Shown: positions 1-10,172 of the stretch, piece after piece
Layout of the letters: the number at the start of each line of letters is the position of its first letter
Numbering within the stretch: position 1 is the stretch's first letter
NCBI GenBank assembly: GCA_016839585.1
Contig: JAEOTZ010000004.1
Coordinates: 1-64,000, forward strand
Length of the DNA stretch: 64,000 nt
DNA from: Promethearchaeota archaeon
GTDB lineage: Archaea; Asgardarchaeota; Lokiarchaeia; Sigyniarchaeales; SOKP01
Direction of reading: 5' to 3'
Notes under the pieces: model-generated
Databases searched by the model: none
Told to the model about the DNA's origin: nothing
What the model saw: the letters and a program-made list of their open reading frames with translations, nothing else
Position numbers and translations under genes: made by a program

Positions 1-2
1 GA

Positions 3-1685
3 GCAAGTGAAGATGAGCTTTTAGATTTAATAGAATTAAATTTAGAATATAGTTATCGAATTTCTAAGGAGGATTTAGCAGTTATTGTAAGGAAAAAAAC
101 CAATTTTTATTTAATAATTCAGGGGTTCTTCTCGATCATACCCGGAACAGTTCTGGTATATTTCACCACTTCAATGTTAACACTTCAATATTTTAATAAT
201 ATACCATCACAAATACGGCTTCAAACTGCTACAATATTTGCCGGTATGATTGGTATTGGATACCTTGTTGGTAACGCTGTTTTTGCTCGTTTAGGAGATG
301 TATTATTTCGGCGAAATAAAAAAAATAGGGCTAGATTAGCAACTATTTGCCTGATACTTTCAATTCCTTTTGCAATTATCTTACTTATGTCATTACGACC
401 TATCGATATAAATAAATTCGATTTTGATTATCCAGCTACAATTCCCACAGAAAAAATTTGGTATTATATTTTTCATACTATTGGTGAAATTTTTGTAGCA
501 TATCCAACCTATATTATTTTTTTTATTTTTGCCTTAATCGCTTCAATGTTAGGGGCAGGACCTGTTGCAAATCGGAATGCTGTTATGATTGATGTTAATA
601 TGCCGGAACATAAAGGTACTGCGGCTTCTTTCTTTAAGCTTTCTGAACAAATAAGTAAAGGTGTGACACTTTTAATATCATTTACCCTTATCTCATTACT
701 AGGAAGTATTTTCAATATGATCTTTCTTACTATATTTTTCTGGTTTCCAGCAGCAATATTATGGTTTTTTGCTAGTAGAAACGTAGAAAAAGACATGAAT
801 CAAAAAGCAATGATTCTTTCTGAAAGAAAGCAAATAAGTTTAATTGATTATATCTTTGAATTAGAAATCCAAATAGATAGAGCAATTCAGAAAGTACAAG
901 ATTCAAAATATTATATATATACGGATAATGAAAAATTTAATCAACTACTAAGAGATGCAATTATTATATTTAAGTTCTGTGAGAGAGAAGGAGAATCCCG
1001 AAGTATTACCAATATTGAAGAAAAAGCTCATATTATGAAATTAAGAACCTTATTATTTTTACAAGAGACAAATAAAATATACAGACAATTAAATGAAGAA
1101 GATTTATCTTCTTCTGAAAAAGAACAATTGCAAGAAGGTTTAAAACAGATATCTCTAAGAATTAGTGAGGGCGAAAAAAGTACTTATGGAAGGATTCAAA
1201 CTTATTATGAAGATGCCTACCTTAAAATTCTTGAGGCAAGACTTAATCGCAAGAACCATATAATAAGAGGATTAGGTAAGATTTTAGAAGCAATAAGTAT
1301 CTATGAAAGAGTTAAATACTTACTAAACGAAAGGATTGAAACAGTAAAAGAAAAAAATGATTTATCAGAAGAGGATTCCTTAGTTTTACAAAAAGAACAG
1401 GAATTATTAGATAAATGTTTAAAATCACTAAGAGCAACTATCAAATTAAAGGAAGAAATTGAAAATGCATTTAACCAGCTTAGAGTTAAAGGCATTGATA
1501 AGATAGATTTATTAAAGATTTCTGAACTGACTCAGGAATTTAATGTAGATCTCTATGATGTGATTGTTGATACGTTTAGAAGTGATAATAAAACTAAAAA
1601 TGTCTTAATTGAAGTTCTAAACAATATAGATAACATATTTATTGAATACGATAAGTGGAGAGAAGTTGATCTTAAAGTCTTCTAA
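3..1685 (+). CDS. MFS transporter (5'-truncated by window edge) fused to ~280-aa C-terminal soluble helical domain
   Basis: Frame is open from position 3 (ASEDELLDLIELNLEYSYRISKEDLAVIVRKKTNFYLIIQGFF...) into the 174 ORF; MFS motif-A-like ARLGDVLFRR and DVNMPEHKGTA; several TM helices then a charged helical tail. Confidence 0.8.
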   Translation, partial: ASEDELLDLIELNLEYSYRISKEDLAVIVRKKTNFYLIIQGFFSIIPGTVLVYFTTSMLTLQYFNNIPSQIRLQTATIFAGMIGIGYLVGNAVFARLGDVLFRRNKKNRARLATICLILSIPFAIILLMSLRPIDINKFDFDYPATIPTEKIWYYIFHTIGEIFVAYPTYIIFFIFALIASMLGAGPVANRNAVMIDVNMPEHKGTAASFFKLSEQISKGVTLLISFTLISLLGSIFNMIFLTIFFWFPAAILWFFASRNVEKDMNQKAMILSERKQISLIDYIFELEIQIDRAIQKVQDSKYYIYTDNEKFNQLLRDAIIIFKFCEREGESRSITNIEEKAHIMKLRTLLFLQETNKIYRQLNEEDLSSSEKEQLQEGLKQISLRISEGEKSTYGRIQTYYEDAYLKILEARLNRKNHIIRGLGKILEAISIYERVKYLLNERIETVKEKNDLSEEDSLVLQKEQELLDKCLKSLRATIKLKEEIENAFNQLRVKGIDKIDLLKISELTQEFNVDLYDVIVDTFRSDNKTKNVLIEVLNNIDNIFIEYDKWREVDLKVF

Positions 1686-1706
1686 TATTATTAACTTCTT
1701 CTATTA

Positions 1707-1973
1707 TTAGTTATTAAACTCACTTTTTAATAAGTTACACATAGTATTTTTTTCTTCCCTTGAAAGCTGATGGACTATTTTACCTTTTTTATTAAAATTA
1801 TCTGGACAACCAAGATCAAAGCATAAGTTAATCAATAATAAGAGACAATCTCTAATTTTTAAAATATTTGACGAATTTTCCTTGAGATCCCTCATTAACT
1901 TAATTAAAATAAAATATTTTGTATCCTCGCTATTATCATAGATTTCCAAAATCTTTTTGATACAGTCTGCCAT
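1707..1973 (-). CDS. small hypothetical protein (88 aa)
   Basis: ATG ORF, convergent with MFS gene, upstream TATA-like TTATATAA near 2047-2054. Confidence 0.6.
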   Translation of the reverse strand: MADCIKKILEIYDNSEDTKYFILIKLMRDLKENSSNILKIRDCLLLLINLCFDLGCPDNFNKKGKIVHQLSREEKNTMCNLLKSEFNN

Positions 1974-2061
1974 TTTTAACTATACTTAACCCCTTGAATA
2001 AAATAACATATAGAGAGATCTTAATGACTTACATGATGAAATACATTTATATAAGTATCTA

Positions 2062-2111
2062 TTTTCTCTTTTTTCCCATGAGAAAAGGAGTTTTTCTCTT
2101 TTTTCCTATGA
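2062..2111. repeat. 30-bp-period tandem repeat with internal palindrome, probable regulator site
   Basis: TTTTCTCTTTTTTCCCATGA (2062) / TTTTCTCTTTTTTCCTATGA (2092); first unit contains TTTTCCCATGAGAAAA. Confidence 0.55.
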
Positions 2112-2206
2112 AAATGAGAATTAAAATTTGAATTATATAACTAATAATTAGTTGATCATCAATTTAACTAAAAATGTGTTTTCTTTACCTCTTATAAAAG
2201 TAAGAA

Positions 2207-2755
2207 TTAGACTTCTATGCTTTGGACAAATTGTTCTATTTCTTGTTCCAAATCCACAAGATCTTTAATTGAAATAATATCAGAACTAGCAAGTTTATTT
2301 AAAAATTCTTTTAAAAGCTTCTCCTTAGTCTTATCTGTCGGAAATAATAAACTGGACTTATAATGCTCCCAATCGAGGATATTGGTAAACACCAAGAATA
2401 ATATCTCGATGTGGCTATACTCTACTAAGCTTTTCAACTTTTCTTTAGTTATTAAAATTTTAGTATGATCCTTATAAAAATCAGATAAATCGTCATAATA
2501 ATTTGTAAGTCGGGCAATATTATCGAGCTGAGCACGTAATGCTGCTTGATTTATGGGACTTTCTTCGTCCCTATACATTATTTCAAAGTACTTCATAATG
2601 AAATCTTTTAATCTTTGTAGTTTAGTTTGGAAGACACGGGTTTTAACGATTCGCTCGAACATCGGACTCTCTTTATCTTTATAGAAATTCAATTCAAACT
2701 TCAATATTGATAATATATCAAAGAATAACTCACGGATATCAATCCCTTCAGCCAA
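2207..2755 (-). CDS. hypothetical helical protein (182 aa)
   Basis: TTG start with upstream AGGGTG SD-like motif. Confidence 0.7.
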   Translation of the reverse strand: MAEGIDIRELFFDILSILKFELNFYKDKESPMFERIVKTRVFQTKLQRLKDFIMKYFEIMYRDEESPINQAALRAQLDNIARLTNYYDDLSDFYKDHTKILITKEKLKSLVEYSHIEILFLVFTNILDWEHYKSSLLFPTDKTKEKLLKEFLNKLASSDIISIKDLVDLEQEIEQFVQSIEV

Positions 2756-2916
2756 TTATGAAGCACCCTATTTTTCTATTATACCTTGTTAAATTAAAAT
2801 ATGAATTACAAATATAAAAATCTACTATTTATAGAATTCTATATTAATTAAAATATTTTTATTTTTTTTTATTATCACTATCAAAATTTTTTCATGAAGT
2901 CTTATCAAGTATTTTT

Positions 2917-3921
2917 TTAGAAATTTAACGAAAAAGTACGTTCATCTATTATAGGTTTAAAATGCTTAGGAGCAGTTCGTATTTGTTCTTTTCTTCTTAC
3001 TGTCTTTTTGAATAAAATTGCTTTAGTATGAATTTTCACAATTCTAATAGGGCATTTGATCATAAAGTTTAGGGCCTTATGAGGAGATCTCCTCAATAGA
3101 AGAAATTCAGAAAAAAATCTTTTTGCTCTTTTTTGGTGCCTTGGTTTTTCGAAAGAGATAAAACGTTCAGTAATTTTATCTAGACTTTTTGAATCTCTAA
3201 AACAATAAAAGTTTGAAGCTCTTAATGACCATTTAATTGCTTCTAATTGATATTTTGTAGGATCAAGATTTCTAAAGAGTGATATCCCCATAGAAAAAAT
3301 AGATATCATTAAATTCATAATTGTACTTCTAATCATTTCTAAAAAAGTAATATGGATTTTTGGTTTAATCTTATTTCGTAAATCTTCTCCATATAAAATA
3401 GTACTATTTAAAAGTACATTACCTAAAACAATGCTGCGAGGAGCAAAAATGCTTGAAAATACTTTATTAACTCGAAAGATTTTATGAAAAACTACCTGCT
3501 CCCAATATCTTCTTTTAGTTAAAAAGTGACTCATGAACATTCCTGTTGTTTGCTGAATTACTCCTAAAATTTTATTTATGAGCTTTGAATCATATTCTCT
3601 AAAATTATGTTTAATTTCTAAGAACATAAAGTATCTTTCAATTTCTTTAATATGTCTATTAGAAACTCTATCTTTAAAAATAAGGAGTAAATCGCAATCT
3701 GAAATTTTTGTATTATCTTTCTCTTTTGATCTTTGGCTTCCAAATAATACAATTGACAAAATCTTATTAATTCCAATTTCCTTGTTAACTAGAGTTATGA
3801 TATCCTTAATATAATTACGGGATTGTAAGTTTACTTCCTTTAAATTATCAGAAATTTTGTCTTTTATCTTATTATTAATTTCTATTATGTTATGGTCCTC
3901 AGAGAAAACGTCATTCGCCAT
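2917..3921 (-). CDS. Pol-beta-superfamily nucleotidyltransferase domain protein
   Basis: SIVLFGSQRS...SDCDLLLIF (hGS...DxD) motif followed by helical C-terminal region. Confidence 0.75.
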   Translation of the reverse strand: MANDVFSEDHNIIEINNKIKDKISDNLKEVNLQSRNYIKDIITLVNKEIGINKILSIVLFGSQRSKEKDNTKISDCDLLLIFKDRVSNRHIKEIERYFMFLEIKHNFREYDSKLINKILGVIQQTTGMFMSHFLTKRRYWEQVVFHKIFRVNKVFSSIFAPRSIVLGNVLLNSTILYGEDLRNKIKPKIHITFLEMIRSTIMNLMISIFSMGISLFRNLDPTKYQLEAIKWSLRASNFYCFRDSKSLDKITERFISFEKPRHQKRAKRFFSEFLLLRRSPHKALNFMIKCPIRIVKIHTKAILFKKTVRRKEQIRTAPKHFKPIIDERTFSLNF

Positions 3922-4052
3922 TTTGAAAGGTTATAATAAATAGATTTGTATTATTTTGGTTTAATTTTATAATAAATTTATTTTATTAAAAACTTGTTTA
4001 AAAAAAATTAGCATCTAATTTTTCAAAACTGATAGCAGTATTTATAGAATAT

Positions 4053-4847
4053 CTAACGAAAATAAGAATCTGGGCCTCTATCTTCTCGCATTCCCTTCAT
4101 AAAATGATCTGCTTGTTTTTTGAATGAATCTAAGATACTCTCCATTTCTTTTATCTTTTCATTAAGTTTACTAAAATCCATATCTATTGAGAAGTAATCC
4201 TTTAATAAAGTTACTAAAGCTTTAGAAGAACGAGGGTCTAGAGTCATCATTGGTAATGGTAATGTTTCAGCTAATAAGCAAACTCCTGGAGCAAAACCTT
4301 TATTACCTGCATATGCAGGTAAGATTCCATTAGCACCAGCAATTATTCCACCTTCCATCAATTTAGTATTTTCAAACTTTAAGAATGATTGTACAAGATC
4401 TTGATCAGTACCACATATATGTATTTTTGGTTTATCCTTAACGATATCAGAGATCATTGCTCCTGTACTCACGAACATCTTGATTTTCCCATTAGTAATT
4501 CCATGCATTTCTTCACAAAATCTTTTGGAAAATTCATAAACTCCTTGTGGATCCTGAGGTTGATAATTTGCTGTTAAAATGAAAATATCATTACCTTTAT
4601 CTTTTTCAGTTGATTTATAATATAACTTAGCAGTAGGAATTTCTAAGTATCCTTTTTCAACATTAGCTTTGGCAGGAAAGTTGAAACATTCAATACTCAA
4701 AAATTCTTTAGCTTTGATAGAATCAACTATAGATGTAATTGCCAGTTTTCCGACAAGAGCAATACCAGGGAATCCTATCAATACTACTGGGCTATTTAAA
4801 TCTTCTACTTTTAAATCAAATTTTTTTTCAATATTTATAATAAACAT
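4053..4847 (-). CDS. PAC2-family proteasome assembly chaperone
   Basis: GFPGIALVGKLA N-terminal motif, GGIIAGANGIL, CLLAET, DPRSS. Confidence 0.85.
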   Translation of the reverse strand: MFIINIEKKFDLKVEDLNSPVVLIGFPGIALVGKLAITSIVDSIKAKEFLSIECFNFPAKANVEKGYLEIPTAKLYYKSTEKDKGNDIFILTANYQPQDPQGVYEFSKRFCEEMHGITNGKIKMFVSTGAMISDIVKDKPKIHICGTDQDLVQSFLKFENTKLMEGGIIAGANGILPAYAGNKGFAPGVCLLAETLPLPMMTLDPRSSKALVTLLKDYFSIDMDFSKLNEKIKEMESILDSFKKQADHFMKGMREDRGPDSYFR

Positions 4848-4963
4848 ATAAATTTCTTCAAGTTATAATTATAATACGAAGAAAAAAGAGAAATTCTTAA
4901 AACATCTCACTTTATTACTTCAATATTAGGATTCTTATTAATTATCGTTCAATAAATCACAAA

Positions 4964-6064
4964 TCATTGTTCATTAATAAATGAAATGTCTTCTCCACAC
5001 TTTGGACAAAATTTTTTGGGTCGTTCTATATGATGCCCACAAAATGGACAATAAAACCCCTCTTTTAATGGTATTCCATATGAGGGCACTTCTTCATAAG
5101 ATTCAAGTGAATCAACTTTAAGTGGTGTGTAAGGTTCTTGATAACCTATACTTACTGGATAAGCTTCCCTCCTATATTCATATCCCAAGTCTTTCTGTGC
5201 TTTTAACGTAGCGAATAATGAGGTTAATAAACAAATAAATAATGGAGCAAATATAATATCAACAAAACTATAGAGAATTTGATAAAGAAATATCATCCCA
5301 AAATTTCTCGTAGCAGGATCGTACCAAGAATCATAATTCGCTGAAAATGTTGCTGAATCAACATTAATGATAAAATCGATAATTGAAGTATATATGACAT
5401 TTACAATTGCTAAAATAATGAAATTAATTACAAAAACTCCAATTAATTTCCAAAATGCTCCTTTAGCAATAAAGCGTGCCTTTGAAATTGGATTATTATT
5501 ATCTTTCATATTATAAGTATATATTAAAAAAATATAGAAAACATATATGATAACGGCAGGGATAAAAAATAAAGAAGTTCCAATAGGTATAAATATTCCT
5601 ATTATAAGAATAACTAATAGTATCTTTTTATTAAATGAACTCTTAAAAGAAGATGCAAAATCTGCTTCTCCTTGTACATATTTTTTATAAAGAAAAGTAC
5701 TAACAGAACACATAGCGATTGTTGTAATTATTCCTCCAACACCCATTCCTGCAATTAAGTTATTTAGAAATATCAAAGCAAGGTACATTACTAGATATTT
5801 TACTAAAAGATTCCATTCAGCTGGTTCCAGATCAGAATCGCCTAAATTCTTCATTATTTGACTAACAGATTGGTCTAATGTGTTAACATTCCACTCAAGA
5901 TCAGTTAATAAAAGGACTTTCAAGAGAATGGAAATAATCGAAAACATCATAAGAGGTAAAATTATATATCCATAACTTCTAGTGAATAATCTAAAGCCCT
6001 CTCTAAGAACATCACCAAACCTTTTATTTGCTAAAATTGCTAATCTTTGCTGATCTACTTCCAT
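4964..6064 (-). CDS. multi-pass membrane protein with C-terminal double zinc ribbon
   Basis: ~6 hydrophobic helices; CPFCG...KFCPKCG at the C-terminus. Confidence 0.8.
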   Translation of the reverse strand: MEVDQQRLAILANKRFGDVLREGFRLFTRSYGYIILPLMMFSIISILLKVLLLTDLEWNVNTLDQSVSQIMKNLGDSDLEPAEWNLLVKYLVMYLALIFLNNLIAGMGVGGIITTIAMCSVSTFLYKKYVQGEADFASSFKSSFNKKILLVILIIGIFIPIGTSLFFIPAVIIYVFYIFLIYTYNMKDNNNPISKARFIAKGAFWKLIGVFVINFIILAIVNVIYTSIIDFIINVDSATFSANYDSWYDPATRNFGMIFLYQILYSFVDIIFAPLFICLLTSLFATLKAQKDLGYEYRREAYPVSIGYQEPYTPLKVDSLESYEEVPSYGIPLKEGFYCPFCGHHIERPKKFCPKCGEDISFINEQ

Positions 6065-6205
6065 ACTTAACTAAATAACTCTTGGATTAAAAAATTATTT
6101 ATAATTTATTAAAAAAAGTTATAATTGATTGATTCAATTATTAAAATTGAGGTATTGATGCCTATTCAAATATCTTCTTAAAATTAATATTCGATTTAAA
6201 TTTCA

Positions 6206-8095
6206 ATGTATAGATTAAAACAACCTTCTCGACAAATTCCTGGAATTATTTCTTATATGGATTTTTTCTCTTCTAAAAGATTAGCTTATTCTATATTCTT
6301 TGGTATGCCAATTCTTTTAGGTCTAATTTCAATGATATTAAACAATATATTTATTGAAGAAATAGAACTTTTATATTTTATTATTTTTGTAAGTCTTTTT
6401 TTATTGATTTCCGGAACTGGGGTTTTTTTTGATATTATATTTTATTCTAGAAAGGCTCCCATATTGCGAGCACCACCTAATGGTTGGTCAGTTCAAATGA
6501 ACACATTCTTTAATGCAATTATCGGACTTACTTATCTTCTTGGCCAACTATTAGCTATTATTTTAGATAATGGCACTTTTCGCTATGTCTTTTTCATGTT
6601 GGGTACCATCATTTCTTATATAATCGCTTTTGTTATATATTTTTCATTTACAACTGTTGGACGTCCTGGTAATATAATATTAGCACTTTTACAACCTATT
6701 TCAGCAATCCTTTTTTATAGTGTTTACACTTTTCAATTATCCTTTGACTTTTTCATCAGGTCAATAATCTTTTTTGTATCATGTGCGCTTCTATTTGCTA
6801 TTCCTTATAGAAGAGGTTTATTTCAAGTAAGCAACGTTTATAAAGAAGCAACAGGAATGAGTGGTTACCCATTCATCAGAGCTTTCATATTATCTATGAT
6901 GACAGATGGGAATGATGAATTGCTTGAGAAATATTTCGATAAAGTAGGAGTAGAATCAAATGTAAAATTACAATATCTACTCATTAGAAGTGTAAAAACA
7001 GAAAGAATTAAAGGATTATTTATTATTCCACATGTCCATTTTGGTCCATTTAAAACATGTGGGTCTTCCGATTTACCTGAACATATCTATAGGGAATTTA
7101 ATGATATCCCTGGGATAACAGTTTATCACACTGCAAATGATCATGCTCAAAACCTTACAACACAAAACTATGTGGATAAAATAATAAATAGAATTAGGTT
7201 AGATATTAATGAAATAAGAACAGATTCAGAATTAGAATGGTTAAAAGAAATTAGTGATTTTTCAAGGAAAATTTCAAATAGTGCGAAACTTCTTGGAATA
7301 AAAATAGGCAATATCCCATTAATTTTTATTACAAGGCACCCACTACCTTCCGACGATATAGAAGTTGATGTTGGGGAGCAAATTAGAAATATAGCGAAAG
7401 AATTTGATTTTCGTGATGTTATAATTATTGATGCTCATAATGCTATTATTGGTGATGAAATTTTAATTAAAAAGAAATCAATTGAAGCAATTGATCTAAT
7501 TAATGTCTCAAAAAAATTCTTAAAGAGTAAATTAGTAAAAAATATGCCAGTATCACAGATGTTTTATGGTGTTGCTAAAGATCCTTTGAATGAATATTCG
7601 GAAAAGGAAGGAATTGGGTATGGAGGGATTGTGGTTCATTTATTTAAGAATTCAAACACAAATCAAAAAACTGTATTAATCCATTTCGATGGAAACAATG
7701 CTTATATAGATATTCGTTCCTATATCTTGAATTTACTTCAAAATAAAGGAATAGAGAGAGGAGAAATAACTACTTCTGACAGCCACACCGTTGCAAGACA
7801 ACTAACAAGCAGAGGATATTCCCCTATAGGTGATAAAATAAAAATTAATTTCATTCTAGATAAAATAGATTTTTTACTCCAAGAAGCAGAAAGTGATTTA
7901 GAACCAGTTGAATTTTATTATGATGATTCAATAGAAGATAATATTAAGATTTGGGGAGATTCTAATTATTTTAATGCTATTATGGATACCCTAAAGGAAT
8001 GTATTAAGGTATCTCAAAATCTTTTAACATTTAGCCTCATTGTTCCCACATTTTTTTCACTTGTATTGCTATTGTTTTTTAATATAATATTATAA
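6206..8095 (+). CDS. DUF2070-family archaeal membrane protein
   Basis: N-terminal TM bundle, HVHFGPF...GSSDLP, DAHNA, DGNN, TSDSH motifs, C-terminal TM helix. Confidence 0.8.
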   Translation: MYRLKQPSRQIPGIISYMDFFSSKRLAYSIFFGMPILLGLISMILNNIFIEEIELLYFIIFVSLFLLISGTGVFFDIIFYSRKAPILRAPPNGWSVQMNTFFNAIIGLTYLLGQLLAIILDNGTFRYVFFMLGTIISYIIAFVIYFSFTTVGRPGNIILALLQPISAILFYSVYTFQLSFDFFIRSIIFFVSCALLFAIPYRRGLFQVSNVYKEATGMSGYPFIRAFILSMMTDGNDELLEKYFDKVGVESNVKLQYLLIRSVKTERIKGLFIIPHVHFGPFKTCGSSDLPEHIYREFNDIPGITVYHTANDHAQNLTTQNYVDKIINRIRLDINEIRTDSELEWLKEISDFSRKISNSAKLLGIKIGNIPLIFITRHPLPSDDIEVDVGEQIRNIAKEFDFRDVIIIDAHNAIIGDEILIKKKSIEAIDLINVSKKFLKSKLVKNMPVSQMFYGVAKDPLNEYSEKEGIGYGGIVVHLFKNSNTNQKTVLIHFDGNNAYIDIRSYILNLLQNKGIERGEITTSDSHTVARQLTSRGYSPIGDKIKINFILDKIDFLLQEAESDLEPVEFYYDDSIEDNIKIWGDSNYFNAIMDTLKECIKVSQNLLTFSLIVPTFFSLVLLLFFNIIL

Positions 8096-8192
8096 TAATT
8101 TAATAACAAGTCAATCGATTTAGTTTCAACATTTATATAATTTATCTACATATTCTTTATTTATATATAATTATTCTTAACAAGAATTAGTA

Positions 8193-8918
8193 ATGGCGTT
8201 AGAAGCTCTAGATATTGTCAATGGAATTTTTAGTCTTATTTTTGTAGCAATCTCATTATTAGTTGGTCTTATTATCCTTTCGAAATATTTTCAATATAAA
8301 GAAAGAATATATTTTTTAGTTGGGTGTACATGGGTCCTCATATCTGAACCTTGGTGGCCAAGTTCTCTATCTTTTTTAATAGCAATAGTAAATGATGTAG
8401 GGCTTTCATCTCAAATGTATTTTTTAATCGGTAACCTATTTGTCCCTGTTGCTATAATGGTTTGGTTGATTGCTTTTACAGAATTTTTATATAAAGAAAA
8501 GCGTAAACTTATTCTAATGATATTTGCAATTTATGGAATACTATTCGAAATTATTTTCTTCATCCTTCTATTTTTAAATCCTGAATTAATTGGAGAATTA
8601 AATCCTCCTGTAGATGTAAATTATAAATTCTTCATTATGGTATCTTTAATCTCCTTTTTATTAATTGTTGTGATTAGCGGCTTCTTATTTGCTAATCTGT
8701 CTCTAAAATCAGATGACCCTGAGGTTAAATTAAAGGGAAAATTACTTGTTATGGCTTATATATCGTTTTCTATCGGAGCCTTGTTAGATTCAGCAATTCC
8801 TTTGAACGAAATTACAATAATTATAACAAGAATAATTTTAATATCAAGTGCTATTGAATGGTACGGAGGATTCATCTTACCAGGATTTTTAAGAAAATTC
8901 TTATTGAAGAAAAAATAG
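8193..8918 (+). CDS. 7-TM integral membrane protein
   Basis: Seven hydrophobic segments in 241 aa, basic C-terminus. Confidence 0.75.
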   Translation: MALEALDIVNGIFSLIFVAISLLVGLIILSKYFQYKERIYFLVGCTWVLISEPWWPSSLSFLIAIVNDVGLSSQMYFLIGNLFVPVAIMVWLIAFTEFLYKEKRKLILMIFAIYGILFEIIFFILLFLNPELIGELNPPVDVNYKFFIMVSLISFLLIVVISGFLFANLSLKSDDPEVKLKGKLLVMAYISFSIGALLDSAIPLNEITIIITRIILISSAIEWYGGFILPGFLRKFLLKKK

Positions 8919-8964
8919 AATTCTATATACTTTTCTTTTTTATTTTTTGAGTTTGGTCTAATAT

Positions 8965-9004
8965 AATATGAGCATAATATATCGATATTATCGAGATTCA
9001 TATT
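8965..9004. promoter_or_regulatory. nested inverted repeat upstream of the GTPase operon
   Basis: AATATGA gc ATAATAT atcg ATATTAT cgagat TCATATT. Confidence 0.4.
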
Positions 9005-9054
9005 CTATGTTTCTTCATTTTTTCTTAATAAATTAATCTTTAAAAGAAATATAA

Positions 9055-9582
9055 ATGTTAAGTTCTGAAATAGATAGGCTTCTAAAGATAACCTTAATCG
9101 GAAGCCCGGCCGTTGGGAAGACCACAATGCTAAGACTTTTAGCGAGAGAGACTATTGATAAATTATACCTCCCCACTCATGGGCTAGACCTCAAAACTGT
9201 TAAATTTGATGATTATCTTCTAAGGCTATGGGATTTAGCTGGTCAAGAAAGTTATTTTAAGACATATTCAAAGGATTATCTCCTTGGCTCCGACATTATT
9301 TTTATAGTAACTGATTCAAGTCCTCGAAATGTATTAAACTCGAGAGATTTAATTAATTATGCATGTCATTTTATAGGTAAAGAATGTCCTATTATAGCAA
9401 TTGCGAATAAACAAGATTTAGTAAAAACTGATGGTCGAATGAATGCTAAAAGGGTTGAAGATATACTTCATGTAAAAACATATGGACTTACAGCTATAAA
9501 TCCTTCAGAACGCATAAGATTAATGAATATTATTAAAAAAGAATTAGATCAAATTGTAATAAGAAGGGGGTTAAAAGAATGA
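9055..9582 (+). CDS. small GTPase (Ras/Arf-like)
   Basis: G1 GSPAVGKT, G2 PTHG, G3 WDLAGQ, G4 NKQD, G5 TA. Confidence 0.9.
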   Translation: MLSSEIDRLLKITLIGSPAVGKTTMLRLLARETIDKLYLPTHGLDLKTVKFDDYLLRLWDLAGQESYFKTYSKDYLLGSDIIFIVTDSSPRNVLNSRDLINYACHFIGKECPIIAIANKQDLVKTDGRMNAKRVEDILHVKTYGLTAINPSERIRLMNIIKKELDQIVIRRGLKE

Positions 9583-10142
9583 ACTTTAGCGAAAATGAAC
9601 TTTTTGGGGTAGCATTAATTGGATTTGATATGATTGATGGACCGTTCCTCAAATGGAAAAAAGAATATAATAGTCAAAATAACCTTGTAAAATTAGACGA
9701 TTTTGCAATGAATTTTTATTTAGCATTTCGAGGTGGAAATCGAGGTAAGGATAAAAAAACTCCAAGGGCAATATTATATGACAATTTCTATATAGTTGCC
9801 TTCCCTAAAGATTTAGAACTATGCTGCCTATTCATGAAACCCAAAGGAATTGATAATAATATAAAGGAGTTAAATAAGATTGCAGTTAGGATTATCACTG
9901 AAATGGAATTAGATGAAGAAGAAGATTCTCAACCTGAACTTTCAGATGAAAATACCGTTGAAGAAATTAAAAGATTAATTCCAAATTTACTAAATGGAAC
10001 AGAAATGTCAACTCCAGAATTGAGAAGATATTTCAAGCTAAGTAATTCTCAGATTTGGAAAGTAATGTCGGATTTAGAGAACTCTAAAAAAATCAAGCGA
10101 ACACGAAAAAAAGGAAGAACCATCTTATGGACTGCTATTTAG
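9579..10142 (+). CDS. uDENN/longin-like N-terminal domain fused to C-terminal winged helix-turn-helix
   Basis: ALIGFDMIDGP resembles the uDENN FDxxxGP hairpin; acidic linker; MSTPELRRYFKLSNSQIWKVMSDLENSKKI wHTH; ATGA overlap with the GTPase. Confidence 0.6.
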   Translation: MNFSENELFGVALIGFDMIDGPFLKWKKEYNSQNNLVKLDDFAMNFYLAFRGGNRGKDKKTPRAILYDNFYIVAFPKDLELCCLFMKPKGIDNNIKELNKIAVRIITEMELDEEEDSQPELSDENTVEEIKRLIPNLLNGTEMSTPELRRYFKLSNSQIWKVMSDLENSKKIKRTRKKGRTILWTAI

Positions 10143-10172
10143 TATTCCCTTTTTTTTGCTTTTTTATTTATA

